A stretch of 64,000 bases of DNA, taken from the NCBI RefSeq assembly GCF_006345805.1, contig NC_042998.1, forward strand, positions 80,848,001 to 80,912,000, in the 5' to 3' direction. The DNA comes from Octopus sinensis (lineage: Eukaryota). The translations under genes were made by a program, and so were the position numbers. The notes under the pieces were generated by a model. The model worked only from the letters and a program-made list of their open reading frames with translations, was not told the origin of the DNA and made no database searches. Below are positions 1-25,717 of this stretch, piece by piece (the first letter of the stretch is position 1; the number at the start of each line of letters is the position of its first letter).

Positions 1-73
1 AAAATTGCTATTGAGAAGTTTAAGATATAAGGATGAGACAACTAACATTCTGATTTCAAGATTTAACTCTTCA

Positions 74-136
<63 letters not shown>

Positions 137-516
137 TATATTATATATATATATGTTTTTATGTATGCATAAATGTATATGTATATATGTATAGATACGC
201 ACACACATACACATGCACAGAGACATATATATAAAGGTAACTGCACGTGGACTGTTGGCGATGTTTCCCTATTCTTCCTTCTTTCTCTTGGACTACCATT
301 TTTCTGTCGAAGAGCTATACTCGAAGCGTTTAATATATTGCTTGTGCACATTCTCACGTTTGTTTTCCTTCTTTATTATCTGTTCTTTTCTTTGATTTGG
401 ACTATATATATATATATTATATATATATATATATTATATATATATTAATATATATATATATATATCTACACATACATATATATATATATATATATAATAT
501 ATATATATATATATCT

Positions 517-547
<31 letters not shown>

Positions 548-597
548 TCTATATATATATATATGTACATACATAAATAAATACATTTATATATATA

Positions 598-644
<47 letters not shown>

Positions 645-738
645 AATACAAAAAGCCAAGAACAAACACAAAAAAATAGCGCGAGGACGTGGTACATGTA
701 AAGTATTAGCAGACGCTCAGGGAAGGAAAGAAAGGTGG

Positions 739-771
739 TTTAACGTTTCGAGCAAAACTCTTCTTCAGAAA
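739..771 (-). ncRNA. Minimal type I hammerhead motif, family C
   Basis: Minus strand ttt-CTGAAGA-a-gagt(ttt)gctc-GAAACGTT-aaa; helix I only 3 bp. Confidence 0.5.
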
Positions 772-792
772 GAGAGGAATGCAAAACATATA

Positions 793-1452
793 TCCCAATG
801 CAAAAACATATATCGTTTTTCCAGTGATGAGTAGTCACTGCTCTCGAAAAAGTGTAAACAAGCAATAATAAATCTCTGAACGAGGTATAAACAGTAGCTG
901 CACGACAACGTGAAGTATATTTGCCACTTAAATGTGGAACAGAAAGTATGCCAATAGCCAGCTGGAGATGTTCTCCTGGGGCTACAAGGTACAGTAAAAT
1001 CCACCCTTAGTGGTTAGCCACATTTAAGTGGCAAATATACTTCACGTTGTCGTGCAACTACTGTTTATACCTCGTTCAGAGATTTATTATTACTTGTTTA
1101 TACTTTTTCGAGAACAGTGACTTTTCGTCACCGGAGAAAGGATATATGTGTTTTCATTGGGACCTCTTCGCATCGAAGACCGGTGATTGTCGTGCGCTAA
1201 CGACGGGCAAACATCCAGAAACCCGGGTCCGTACGTATCACGTCAGGTCGACGATGGGAAGGATGGCTTCCCTTTGCAAATACTGATAGGGCACAGAAAG
1301 TGTGTCAATAGCCAGCTGGAGAAGATGTTCTCCTGGGGCTACAAGCTACAGTAGCATCCACCCTAAGTGGTTAGCCACATTTAAGTGGCAAATATACTTC
1401 ACGTTGTCGTGCAGCTACTGTTTATAACGGGTTCAGAGATTTATTATTGCTT
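793..1452. repeat. Fold-back repeat (arms 793-937 and 1018-1162) plus a direct partial copy of spacer and right arm (1293-1452)
   Basis: ccacatttaagtggcaaatatacttcacgttgtcgtgca occurs at 1018 and about 1375, and reverse-complemented at about 899-937. Confidence 0.85.
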
Positions 1453-1471
1453 ATATATATATATATATATC

Positions 1472-1504
<33 letters not shown>

Positions 1505-1539
1505 TATATATATATTATATATATATTATATATATATTG

Positions 1540-2035
1540 TCAATAATAATTAGGGTAAAATTAATTAATTTGTAATTAATAATTTTACCAAGCAGTGTTC
1601 AGTATGCAAAAGGACCATTTACGGTATATTTAAACATTACTTTATATAATTAGGGTTCAGCAAAAAAATTTACTTTACCACACACCGAACTTTTAGAAAT
1701 AGCAGCCAAAGAATTTAGCTATTTCCTCTACTATAAGAAGAGTCTCCCAGACAATGTATACTCAAAAACAATTCACGTAGGCATAGAGAGAAAAATAACG
1801 AAAGATCACTCGTAAATCGATTACTTGAGAACGCGTTTCTGGGTTAGTTAGATATAGAGATGCTAGAAATACATACCTATTCCAACATTCCTGTCATCAG
1901 CCCAAGATTTCGTTAAATTTAAATTTGAGAGACTCTTCCTATAGTAGAGGAAATAGCTAAATTCTTTGGCTGCTATTTCTAAAAGTTCGGTGTGTGGTAA
2001 AGTAAATTTTTTTGCTGAACCCTAATTATATAAAG

Positions 2036-2039
<4 letters not shown>
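1540..2039. repeat. Family D inverted-repeat element (arms 1636-1746 and 1929-2039)
   Basis: Near-perfect 111-bp inverted arms containing ccacacaccgaa/ttcggtgtgtgg; (TA)n on both sides. Confidence 0.85.
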
Positions 2040-2109
<70 letters not shown>

Positions 2110-2170
2110 ATCCATGCATGCATGCATACATACAAACATACATACATACATACATACATACATACATACA

Positions 2171-2202
<32 letters not shown>

Positions 2203-3525
2203 AAGTTTGCAAATCCAATAGCCACGATATACTTTTCATTGGGGCAACAGGATACGTACCAACCGGTCTGGAGCAAAGTATGGTTGAACTTAGGTTACTG
2301 AGGGGTTAGGAGCGCAAATACGTAATTGATACACCATATATGATCACGATATCTGGAACAATAAAAATCTGCAAGGCCTGCTTATGATGTAACAAGACCG
2401 AAGAACAAAACAAGGTGCTTTCCTTCACAATCATGTTACCAAGTAAGTGACCGGTCAAAATTTATTCTAGATTAAAAAGAGAAAGAGGGCAACATATATA
2501 CATATGGATGGAAGCTCTCCATTGTTTGAGGTAACGAATTATCTGCACATGGATTAACGTTTAAGTGACCATTGACCATTGACCGTGTATGCTTAACGCC
2601 AATATTAAGCAGAAGCACGGTAATATTTTTTTCCTGAAGCAGAAAAATTCAATGTTTATTGGGGAATATATTGTGAATTTCTAGAAATTACCTCCTTTTC
2701 GTTTGCTAGCCATTAAAAGTTATCTCTTGGCTTTATTTTCCTTTTCTCAGTACATCTCTCTTCACTGCTAATTAAGTAACCCAATTAGCAAGAGCTATTA
2801 AATATTTCGAGCATTTGAAGGAATTATCTTCTGCGTATCTTCTGCATTTTCTGTTCTCCAGTGTGTGATCTCACTACACAGATTGGATTCATTGCTTGAT
2901 GGTTGCAGAAGCTCTTGCTATTTGCTAAAACTTTAATCTTTGTTGAGTTTACTTTGAGGACTTTCAATTCAAACTTGTATTTCAAAGCTCTTAGAGTTTC
3001 ACCGAATTCAGTTACGACAATTGAGTCACTAGCTTACAGGAATTCTCAAGGATATTCAACCTTAATCTCATCTGTAATGGCTCGTATAACTATGATAAAA
3101 CGGTTGACGGCTGAGAACTTAACCCAATGCCTGCATAGGTGCTTAATTTATCGATCATCAATGTTGATATTTACGTGCCAACGTCCTGTTGTCACTTTTA
3201 ATAGCTCGTTTCTCTGCTGGATCTATAGTAGGCAGATCTCTCTTTTTCTTTCTCTTTCCCTTATGCATTCTTCACATTCAAAGGACTTTCGTGTTAACAT
3301 TTCTATGCCTATTTATTTTTCGGCGCCATTGTAGCTAAGTTTACCGTTATTATTCCTTACACATTATAGGTTTTTTTCCTAACTACTTCGCTTGTGTGTA
3401 ATGTTATCTTTTGTATTGTTGCTAACAATAAAATATTGACTTAGAAGACAAGAATAAAAAAAAGAAATCAATTCTGATTTCATTATTTACCAGCTTTCTT
3501 TATTCAACAACTCTTATAAGAAAAG

Positions 3526-3533
3526 TATAAATA
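3526..3533 (+). promoter_or_regulatory. TATA box of the protease gene
   Basis: TATAAATA 33-40 nt upstream of the ATG; implies a very short 5' UTR. TSS not directly observable. Confidence 0.7.
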
Positions 3534-3565
3534 TGACACCAAGCCATACTACGACAGCCACGAAA

Positions 3566-15568
<12,003 letters not shown>

Positions 15569-15586
15569 ATGTTCAAAAATATATTT

Positions 15587-15611
15587 ATTAAAATAACGCA
15601 AACGAAATAAA
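15587..15611 (+). promoter_or_regulatory. Candidate polyadenylation signals (ATTAAA 15587-15592, AATAAA 15606-15611)
   Basis: Hexamers 19-38 nt after the stop codon, followed by T-rich sequence. Confidence 0.55.
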
Positions 15612-15830
15612 ATATATAGAAATATCCCATGTTTCACAATTCTTTAATTTTTTATGTTATATTCTAATTTTCATTTTTATATAAAACATATAAAAGTAGA
15701 ATTGAGGAGGTTGCAGTGTTGTGTTGCAAATGAGAAAGTATGTGAGAATTGCATGTAGGGCAGATGAAAATATATGTTGCATCAATTCCGAGAATATCTC
15801 CACAGCCTTCTTTAAAGAATGTTAATAATA

Positions 15831-15993
15831 GGCGTAGGAGTGGTTGTGTGGTGAGTAGCTTGCTTACGAACCACATGGTTCCGGGTTCAGTCCCACTGTG
15901 TGGCACCTTGGGTAAGTGTCTTCTATTATAGCCTCGGGCGGACCAAAGCCTTGTGAGTGGATTTGGTAGACGGAAACTAAAAGAAGCCCGTCG

Positions 15994-16068
<75 letters not shown>

Positions 16069-16305
16069 TGTGTGTGTGTGTGTGTGTATGTTTGTGTGAC
16101 TGTGTTTGTCTCCCCCAACATCGCTTGACAACCGATGCTGGTGTGTTTATGTCACCGTAACTTAGCGGTTCGGCAAAAGAGACCGATAGAATAAGTACTA
16201 GGCTTACAAAGAATAAGTCCTGGGGTCGATTTGCTCGACTAAAGGCGGTGCTCCAGCATGGCCACCGTCAAATGACTGAAACAAGTAACAGAGTAAAAGA
16301 GTAAA
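15831..16305 (+). mobile_element. tRNA-headed SINE family 1, full length with internal (TA)n(TG)n
   Basis: Head ggcgtaggagtggttgtgtggtgag..ggttcagtccc (A/B-box-like); tail ggcggtgctccagcatggcc..gactgaaac(aagta/gagta)n. Confidence 0.85.
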
Positions 16306-17211
16306 GGGTATTTTTCATAGAATTTGATGTATTTTAGAATATTAACATTTAGTGGCCAAATACAAAAGCGTATAGATTGGTTACAGTAAAATGGAAGTAA
16401 AGGAACTGGATTTTCGAGTGAAATGCTAAATGTCTATGTGTTTTGAAATGCACATTTTAAAATTTCATTGTAATTAAGAGAACAAAGCTCAATTAACATA
16501 TACATTAAATCAAGTTAACCTGAAATATTTGTATTGCTCTGATAACAGAACATGTATTTGCAATTCCCACCTTCGCATTTTCACAAATTATTTTTCTCTA
16601 CTCTCGAAGCAGACGTTGGTACAATCTCTCAGAGAAGCGACAAATATATAATTTACATCCCACTCAGTCTACAAGTCGATGAAAGTTTCTTTTATTTAGA
16701 CTATCTTTGATGGTAGCTTCACTAATTCACACGAGTATCCTGGAGCTAAACAACAACAAATTTCTGTGAAAATCAGCTACAGTTATAGCTCCAAGATGAA
16801 AGTAGCCATCACACCACGTTTATTAAAGTATGAAAGTCCTGGTTGATCATATTGGAAGATGGATACTAGCTCTTTGAATCAGGTGTGAAGTACAAAATCG
16901 AACGTCTACATGGAAAATTCATCTCAATGTTTCTAAATAAAACAGTTGAAAATTAATTTCAAATAATTTCAAATTTATAGACATTGAACAGCAACAGTCA
17001 ACCATCTAGGAGAAGAATTCTACGACGCTGGAAACTAAGAGAACGAAACGCCATTTACAACAACTGACGTACCGGAAAAAGCACGAAACTATATGTTACC
17101 AGATCAAGGAAAGGAAAGCGATAGACAATAGAAATAACACAAGTATTACAGAGCATAAAATCAAAGAATATCCTCTAAACGTACCCACTATTATAGATAT
17201 GTGTGTGTGTG

Positions 17212-17246
<35 letters not shown>

Positions 17247-17823
17247 TGTGCGCGCTTCTGTATGTGTTTATCTGCGTGTATAATGACGGCAAAATACTTA
17301 ATAACAGTAGAATTATTTCGATACTGTTCTATATCTACTTTAACAGTGAAAGTGGATATATAATAAAACAACCGTTTACATAAAGCACGGGAAATTAAAA
17401 CAATACCAGGACAATAAGAAGTAATGTGATAAAGCATCGTAACCTGAGACAGGGACGAAAGGAGTAGTTGACAGGCAAGATGAGGGAAGGGAGATAGAGA
17501 TAGAGAGTACGAAAGAGAGAGGGAGAGGAAGAAAGAAAGAAAGAGAGAGAGGGGGGAGGGAGCGAAATAAATAATGGCTGACTATGTTCGGTCATAAATT
17601 TAGAAAAAAACTGTGGTTTACTTGTTTCAGATATTGGGTCCTGACAGTATTGGACTCCTGTCTTGAATGATTTAGTTCATCGAATTTAACCTAAGAGATC
17701 ATTTTTGTTTGACGTCTGGCATTTATTCTTTCGTGTTGCTTTTGTCGAAATGCTAATTAGTTGTCAATAACGAAAGACAAATATAAAAAATATATGTGCG
17801 CACTGACACACTTACACACGCAT

Positions 17824-17859
<36 letters not shown>

Positions 17860-17871
17860 CATATATTCTTT

Positions 17872-18120
17872 TCTAATCTAGATACAAGGCCCGAAATTTT
17901 GATGGAGGGGCCGGTCAATTATATCAACCCCAATACGCACTTGGTACTTAATTTATCGACCCCGAATGGATGAAAGACAAAGTCACCCTCGACAGCATTT
18001 GAACTCAGAACGTATAGACAGATGAAATACCTATTTTTTTACTACCCACAAGGGGCTAAACACAGAGAGGACAAACAAGGACAGACAAACGGTACTTATT
18101 TAATCGACCCCGAAAGAATG
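17872..18120 (-). mobile_element. SINE family 2 fragments (two abutting pieces)
   Basis: ggtacttaatttatcgaccccgaa.ggatgaaag.caaagtc core on the minus strand. Confidence 0.7.
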
Positions 18121-18489
18121 AATATATATATATATATATATATTTTTCTCTTCATTCATATATTTTTCTTCATTCGACTTCACTCGTATTACCCTTTTAA
18201 CCTGCTATTCGTGTATATGTGTATGTTTTATACTGTTTGGTTTTACCATTGGGTGCCCTGTTGTTTTAATATATATTTATATTATAATATTTATATCCGA
18301 TTTTTGATAAGTTAGGAATGATATAAAGTTCTGTTGTCCGATTGGAGCGTGTATTCATTATACCTTTCAATTTATTATCCTTTCGCCTCTGTTGTCACCT
18401 CAGCACTTCTAGCTGCAGTCCTATTTTTTTATATCTGTTCTTCGGTTTAACGAAATTGCTTTTCAGTTTAACGAAGTTATAAAATTATC

Positions 18490-18554
<65 letters not shown>

Positions 18555-18863
18555 TACATTCAAGGCGAAGTGTGCACTAGATACACAAAAGCTGGATAAA
18601 TTTAGTGAGATGAAAATTAAAAACTTTTACAAACTTAGCTTTTCTTATACTGCAGTTTCGCCAAAATCAGTAATAAAAATAATATTTATTTACTCAGGCT
18701 GGCTCTTCAGTAAGATTCCTGTTAATTATGGGAAGACCATATCAATAGACCCATGTGCGTCTATCGAAATGCTCTTTCTAAACTATTGAAAACACTGCGC
18801 AGACTCAGAACATACCCGACAAAATAGGGGATTGTGGTATATCGTCTAACGCTCAGAAATTTA

Positions 18864-18938
<75 letters not shown>

Positions 18939-19154
18939 TAGGCTTCCGCATTCGTTTATTTTTAGATTTTTATTTAACCCGCACAAAAGAGGATCTGGAA
19001 TATAGCTAAAAATACGAGAATACAAAAAAGAAAAAGTTCTTACTCGGCAGACTTATTATTCATTTGTTGCCGGAAAGTATCTGACACTGTTAACAATTAA
19101 TATATGTATGTATGTATGTATGTGTGTGAGTGTGTGTGTGTTATATATATATAT

Positions 19155-19330
19155 ATATATATATACAACTTATAAATAAGGGCAAACAAAAAAATTTCTA
19201 ATGCCAAATATGCCGAAAACTGGACATATTGTCCATTACCATATAATTTTTCACAATACGCACGCTACTCGAAAAAAAGCCGACAGAAATTTCTAAAAAA
19301 ATCCATTATTACCGTATCGGACCGATTTGA
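19155..19330. repeat. Family E partial copy
   Basis: Matches 10958-11068 directly and 11405-11565 reversed. Confidence 0.7.
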
Positions 19331-19927
19331 GGGTTAGTTCGTAAATATATATATATATTATATATATATATATATATCTGACTGTTGATGTCTATATATT
19401 CTCTGTATATATATTCTCAGCCTACAAATTTCAATCACAAGCCATTCCTCAGTATAGGCTATTTTGGAACACACTTGCGCAAGGTACCCCATGCAGTGAA
19501 ACTGAACCCGAAATCATGTGTTTAGGAAGTGAACCTCTTGACCACACAGCTATATTTGCTCCTATAACTCTATCTCAGCACAAACGAGGATCTGGAATAT
19601 AGTTAAAAATACAAAAATAAAAAAAATGCTTTTACGAGGCAGATATTATTCATTTGTTGCCGGAAAATATCTGAGCTAATTACAATTAAACAATTAGAAG
19701 TATGAAGTAAGCTGCAAGAAATAAAAACTAAAAATAAACGAATGTCAGGAATGGTTAAGATGGATGGGCGGAATTCCATTGAGATAACAAAGCATCCATT
19801 TATAGTTTAAGTGGTAGAGAAAAGGAAACAAACTAATCGTTAAATGTCTGGAAGAAAAAGAAACACATGAATAATTAATGAGTTCGACGAACTCATTTAT
19901 TGCCCACTTCAAAGGTATGACTGATGG

Positions 19928-19928
19928 T

Positions 19929-19988
<60 letters not shown>

Positions 19989-19995
19989 CACCACC

Positions 19996-20078
<83 letters not shown>

Positions 20079-20094
20079 CACCACCACCACCACC
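19928..20094. repeat. Compound microsatellite (CTA)n(CCA)n(CTA)n(CCA)n
   Basis: Directly visible. Confidence 0.95.
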
Positions 20095-20230
20095 AGTTAT
20101 TGCAGGAAACAGAACTTGTACAGTGTGCAGGTATAATCACACGTGTCCCAACGCGTCACATTGTAAATTGCAGCTTTCCGCTACTATTCCTTTGTCATTT
20201 GTAGTTGCTAAGGTGCACTAAGGTGTTATA

Positions 20231-21331
20231 ATGGAGGCAGTTGAATGCAGATCGGTGATCAAGTTCTTATACTTGAAAGGTCGTACACCAAAAGAGACTT
20301 TCGATGAGATGAAAAAGGTTTATGGTGACGATGAACCATCATACTACATAGTGAAGCACTAGCATCGCCAGTTCAAATGTGGGCGGACATCGGTGGAAAC
20401 TGCTTCTATTTCTGGACGAACACATTTCACCATTGATGACGATACCATCCATTAAGTGGAAGTCCTCATTTTGGAGGATCACCGCAGAATAATTCAGAAG
20501 TTAGCCCAAGAAGTGAAGACAAGAGTCCGTGAAAAAAAAATCATTCCCGACCATTTTCACATGCGGAAGTTGTCTGCATGATGGATTACCTGGATGTTCA
20601 CACCTTTTCAGAAGCAGGAACGTGTCAATTGCTCCCAATTTCTTTTGGCAATGTGCCAAGAAAATGAGGATGTGCTTTTTGACACACAGGATGAAACAGG
20701 GATCCATCACTATGATCCTGAAATTAAAAGTCCACTTGAAGCAATGGAAGTATGATAGCTCGCCACCTCCAAAGAAGACTCGTGTCCAACCTTCAGCAGG
20801 CAAGGTGATGCACAGTATTTTTGAATAAGCGCTGAGTAGTGATGATAGATTTTCTGGCAAAGAGCACCACGATTAATGGGAAATACTGTGCTTCTCTGCT
20901 GTAGAAATTGCGGGACGCCATCAAAGCAGGGAGGTGTGGTATGCTGACCAAAGGAGTCCTTCCCCTCCTAGTTTACAATTCACATGTTGCCCGATGAAAG
21001 CACACTCCTGAAGCTATGAAATCCTTCTTCGCCTTCTTACTCTCCCGACCTCGCACCATTTGACTTTCACCCCTTTCCAACCATAAAGTCTTTTTTGAAG
21101 TGGAAGCACTTTTCGGATGATGAGGAACTTATTTCCGTGGTACAATTTTGGCTCCAGACGCAACCCACCGATTTCTACAGATGAAGTATTCACAACTGCA
21201 TAAAGCGATGGGAAAAGTGTGTCACCACCGATAGTGTCTCTATAGAGAGGGACTAATAATTATGCCTAGTTCCGTTTATTCCAGTCCTTGGGAAATGGGT
21301 CAGGGGAAATCTTTAATGAACACCTCCCGTA
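20231..21331 (+). mobile_element. Decayed mariner (Tc1/mariner) transposase with 3' TIR
   Basis: MEAVECRSVIKFLYLKG..., KLSA*WI, TQDETGIHHYDPE, SAGKVMHSIF, SPDLAPFDF, KRWEKCV; many stops and frameshifts; ends ttaatgaacacctcccg-TA. No 5' TIR found. Confidence 0.9.
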
Positions 21332-22019
21332 TGTATTGTTACATCTGATGGCCTCGTCAGATACTGAAATTGTTGTGGTATACCTACTTGTATAGATGAC
21401 TCGGTAGAAGATAGCTGCTCAAGCATATACGAAGTATCGAGACTGGAGCTATAAAAAGAAAACTACAACACATATCTCAACATTTAATTTCCTTCCAACT
21501 ATCTTCTTCTGAGGCCACACAGTGTCGTTTTCGTTTTTCAACATCTTACAAACTGAGCCAAAGAGGGAGTCCGTTAAGCAGTAATTTCTCTTTCTGGAAA
21601 TAGAAGCCAAATCTCTTTCATAGCAGAACATATTAGATAATGTTGTCCTAGATATACATTTCACAGGATGAAGGGGGTTTACTGGTTGATAGAAACTGGA
21701 AGGTGCCGAGAGTACATTTTGAAAGACTCAGTTTGCAGAGAATAATCAAATCCGAAGGTATTCAAAGTTATGGATCCTCGTCCTTCTTGGGTGTTACTTA
21801 TCTCTTTGCTATGACTTACTTTCTATCATTAAAGATAAACGTTCCAAAGACCATTTATTAATTATGATCTCATTAAAATGCTTCTGTCTACAAATACTAA
21901 CTCATTATTTGTCACTATTATCAACATACTTCAGTTATCCCATTCTCATCTTCAATTCATTTCCCCTTCTCAGTAAGACACTCGGCAAGAAATGGAAACT
22001 GAACTGAAAGATGATAATG

Positions 22020-22134
22020 AAAATAATAACAATAGTAGTAATAGTAGTAGTAGTAGTGGTGGTAGTAGTAGTAGTTGTAGTAGTGGTAGAAATAATAATA
22101 ATAATAATAATAATGATGATGATGATGATGATGT

Positions 22135-22168
<34 letters not shown>

Positions 22169-22175
22169 AATAATA

Positions 22176-22207
<32 letters not shown>

Positions 22208-22320
22208 AATAATAATAATAATAATAATAGTAATAATAATAATAATAATAAAATTATAATAAAAAAAAAATAATAATAATAATAATAATTATAATAATAT
22301 AATAATAATAATAATAATAA
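22020..22320. repeat. Compound trinucleotide tract (AAT/TAG/GAT)n
   Basis: Directly visible; abuts Dong/R4 copy 1. Confidence 0.95.
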
Positions 22321-22817
22321 GGTCACAGAAAAGGTCACAGAAAACGAGAAAGCAACCGTACTCTGGGATATGCCGATACACACAGATAGAGAAATTAAGG
22401 CCAACAGACCAGATATAGTTGTCAGAGGTCATGAAGAAAAAAAATGCTTTCTAATTGATGTATCAATACCGGCAGATGACAACGTGTCTCTAAAAGATGC
22501 GGAGAAACTTTCAAAATACAAAGACCTGGAAATAGAGGTAATCAGAATGTGGAATCTAAAAATAGAAACAATTCCTATCATAGTAGGTGCATTAGGCATG
22601 ATAAAAAAATATTCAGACAAATACATAACAAAAACACCAGAACTTACAAACACATATAACATACAGAAAATTGCACTACTAGGCACTGCACACATCCTAC
22701 GCAGAGCACTTTCCATACAATAACCATTAAAGCATCACAACAAATCACAGCACATACCCAAGGCACACAGAGCTGTGCACGGTAGTGAAGTGAAAGCACG
22801 CTATAAAAATAAAACTA

Positions 22818-22820
<3 letters not shown>
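22321..22820 (+). mobile_element. Dong/R4-type non-LTR retrotransposon 3' fragment (REL endonuclease), copy 1
   Basis: VLWDMPIHTDREIKANRPDIVV..LIDVSIP..EKLSKYKDL..IIVGALG..QKIALLGTAHILRR (PD..D..K restriction-like endonuclease); stop 22721-23; ends actactg-(AAT)n. Confidence 0.9.
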
Positions 22821-22862
<42 letters not shown>

Positions 22863-22884
22863 TAATAATAAAATAATAATAATA

Positions 22885-22917
<33 letters not shown>

Positions 22918-23414
22918 GGTCACAGAAAAGGTCACAGAAAACGAGAAAGCAACCGTACTCTGGGATATGCCGATACACACAGATAGAGAAATTAAGGCCA
23001 ACAGACCAGATATAGTTGTCAGAGGTCATGAAGAAAAAAAATGCTTTCTAATTGATGTATCAATACCGGCAGATGACAACGTGTCTCTAAAAGATGCGGA
23101 GAAACTTTCAAAATACAAAGACCTGGAAATAGAGGTAATCAGAATGTGGAATCTAAAAATAGAAACAATTCCTATCATAGTAGGTGCATTAGGCATGATA
23201 AAAAAATATTCAGACAAATACATAACAAAAACACCAGAACTCACAAACACATATAACATACAGAAAATTGCACTACTAGGCACTGCACACATCCTACGCA
23301 GAGCACTTTCCATACAATAACCATTAAAGCATCACAACAAATCACAGCACATACCCAAGGCACACAGAGCTGTGCTCGGTAGTGAAGTGAAAGCACGCTA
23401 TAAAAATAAAACTA

Positions 23415-23417
<3 letters not shown>
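22918..23417 (+). mobile_element. Dong/R4-type 3' fragment, copy 2 (tandem duplicate of copy 1)
   Basis: Same 500-bp span and 5' truncation point as copy 1; two substitutions seen. Confidence 0.9.
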
Positions 23418-23481
<64 letters not shown>

Positions 23482-23998
23482 GGTACCAAGATACACCGGA
23501 AAAGATAATGGACGAAAAGAGGAAGGCAAAACACCTCTGGGACTTTGATTTCCAGACAGAGGAAGTGTTAGAGCACCGAAGGGTGGATATAGTAACCTTT
23601 AGGTGGGACAAACAAGAATGTCTAATAATCGACGTAGCAGTGCCAGAAGATTAACACATGATCATGAAAGAAAGAGAAAAAGTTAATAAATATGGAGACC
23701 TGAGAATTGAGATCGCTAAGATGTGGCAGCTACAAGAGTCGAACATAAAGGTTATCCCTATTGTCGTAGGAGCTCTTAGTTCAATACCACCCAATCTGAA
23801 TAAACATATGGAAACCTTAGAAATACTCTACAATCTAGATGTATAGCGAAAGTCGGCATTACATGAAACTGCAAGCATATTGCTTAAAGTACTGTCTGTC
23901 GGAGGTCCTTGTTGTGACTTGACAAAGAGTACAGACATCCGGTAGACACAATATCTTCAATCAACAACCTCACAATATTGTATGCTGTGCGACGTCTA
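23482..23998 (+). mobile_element. Dong/R4-type 3' fragment, divergent subfamily, decayed
   Basis: WYQDTPEK..LWDFDFQT..RRVDIV..LIIDVAVPED*..EKVNKYGDL..IPIVVGALS; in-frame stops; (AAT)n on both sides. Confidence 0.85.
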
Positions 23999-24038
23999 TA
24001 ATAATAATAATAATGATAATAATAATAATATTAATAAC

Positions 24039-24462
24039 CCTTTCTACTATAAACACAAGGCCTGAAGTTTTTTTTTGATGGTAGGGTGGGGTAATAGATT
24101 ACATCAATCCCAGTACTCAACTGATACTTATATCATAGACCCCGAAAGGATGTAAAGCAAAGTCGACCACAGCAGAATTTGAACTCAGAGCGTGAAAACG
24201 GACGAAATAACGCTAAGCATTTTGCACGGTGTGCCAACGATTCTGCCAGCTCACCGCCGTACTAACAACAATAATAATGGTTTCTAATTTTAGGAGAAGA
24301 CCAATAATTTCGGAGGAGGAGGTAAGTCGATTGCATCTGCTCCAGTACTCAGATGGTGCTTATTTTATCGACTCCGAAAGGATGAAAATGCAAAGTCGAC
24401 CTCGGCCGAATTTGAACTTTGAACGTAAGGACGTAAGAACATAAGGATGAAATGTCGCTAAG
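24039..24462 (-). mobile_element. Two SINE family 2 copies (24039-24258, 24279-24462)
   Basis: Both contain gaccccgaaaggatg..aagtcgacc..gaatttgaactc. Confidence 0.75.
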
Positions 24463-24616
24463 CAGGAGCTAGAACGACCTTTTCTACCATATCTATCACA
24501 ACCAGTAGCGTCACAGATAGGTAGATTGACTAAATATTCATGTTTGCTCTCGACTATATAGACTCCTGTGTTATACTCGTTTGCGAGTGACGGCCAAACA
24601 ACTGTACACTGTAAAT

Positions 24617-24991
24617 CGTGACACTCCGTCTGTTACGACAACGAGGGTTCCAGTTGATCTGATCAACGAAACAGCCTTCTCGCGAAATTAACGTACAAGT
24701 GACTGAGCACTCCACTGACACATGTGCCTATAACGTAGTTCTCGAGGGGATTCAGTGTGACGGAGAGTGTGAGAAGGCTGGCCCTTTCAAATACAGGTAC
24801 AACAGAAACAGGAAGAAAGAGTGAAAGAAAGTTGTGGTGAAAGAGTACAGTAGGCTTCGCCACCACCCTCTGCCGGAGCCTCGTGGAGCTTTAGGTGTTT
24901 TCATTCAATAAACACTCACAACGCTCAGTCTGGGAATCGAAACCGCGATCCTACGACCGAGAGTCCGCTGCCCTAACCACTGCGCTTCCAC
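24617..24991 (-). mobile_element. tRNA-headed SINE family 3
   Basis: Minus-strand head gtggttagggcagcggactc..gtaggatcgcggtttcgattccc; body homologous to 25344-25717 and 44582-45160. Confidence 0.8.
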
Positions 24992-25343
24992 ACACTAAAT
25001 TATGCTTCCAGCAGTTTTAAAAGATATTTCGTTGAAAAGTTGGGCGAAACAAATATTTATATTTTATTTCGTTCTGAGTTATGTGTGTGTGTGTGTGGTG
25101 TGTGTGTGTGTGTGTGTGCTTGTGTTTACCTTTTTCTTTTTCTTTCAGTCTTTTGCGAATTTATCGTCATCATATCATTATAAAAGCTTGCTCTGTTTAT
25201 CGATTATGTGATTATGATTGCTAATGTTAGTAATATATTTTTATTTTTCAGGTTGATTTGTTTAGAAAGGGAATTGATCCAAGGTAATATGTTGGATCTA
25301 AAGCAAGGGTAGTATTGTTGGATGCTGCTTTCAAAATACTACA

Positions 25344-25717
25344 GCACTTCTTCGGTTTCGACGACGAGGATTCCAGTTGATCCAATCAACGGAACAGCCA
25401 GCTCGTGAAATTAACGCGCAAGTGGCTGAGCACTCCACAGACACATGTACCCTTAACATAGTTCTCGGGGAGATTCAGCGTGACACAGAGTGTGAAAAGG
25501 CTGGTCCTTTAAAATACCCGTACAACAGAAAAAAGAAAGAAAGTGAGAGAAAATTGTGCTGAAAGAGAACAGCAGGGTTCACCACCACCTCCTATCGGAG
25601 CCTCGCAGAGCTTTAGGTATTTTCGCTCAATAAGCACAACGTCCGGTCTAGGAATCCAAACCTCGATCCTATGACCCCGAGTCTGCTACCCTAACTGCTG
25701 GGCCATTGCGCCTCCAC
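25344..25717 (-). mobile_element. SINE family 3 copy
   Basis: gtggaggcgcaatggcccagcagttagggtagcagactc head; colinear body. Confidence 0.8.

Noticed and set aside
2903-3334. 143-aa ORF upstream of the protease
   Set aside because: Non-ATG start, no recognisable motif, no convincing splice context.
16700-16850. Open stretch after an acceptor-like site downstream of the protease
   Set aside because: The protease already terminates, with polyA signals; no recognisable protein.
25252-25283. 32-nt segment with good acceptor and donor (VDLFRKGIDPR)
   Set aside because: No partner exons or homology found; such sites arise by chance in AT-rich DNA.
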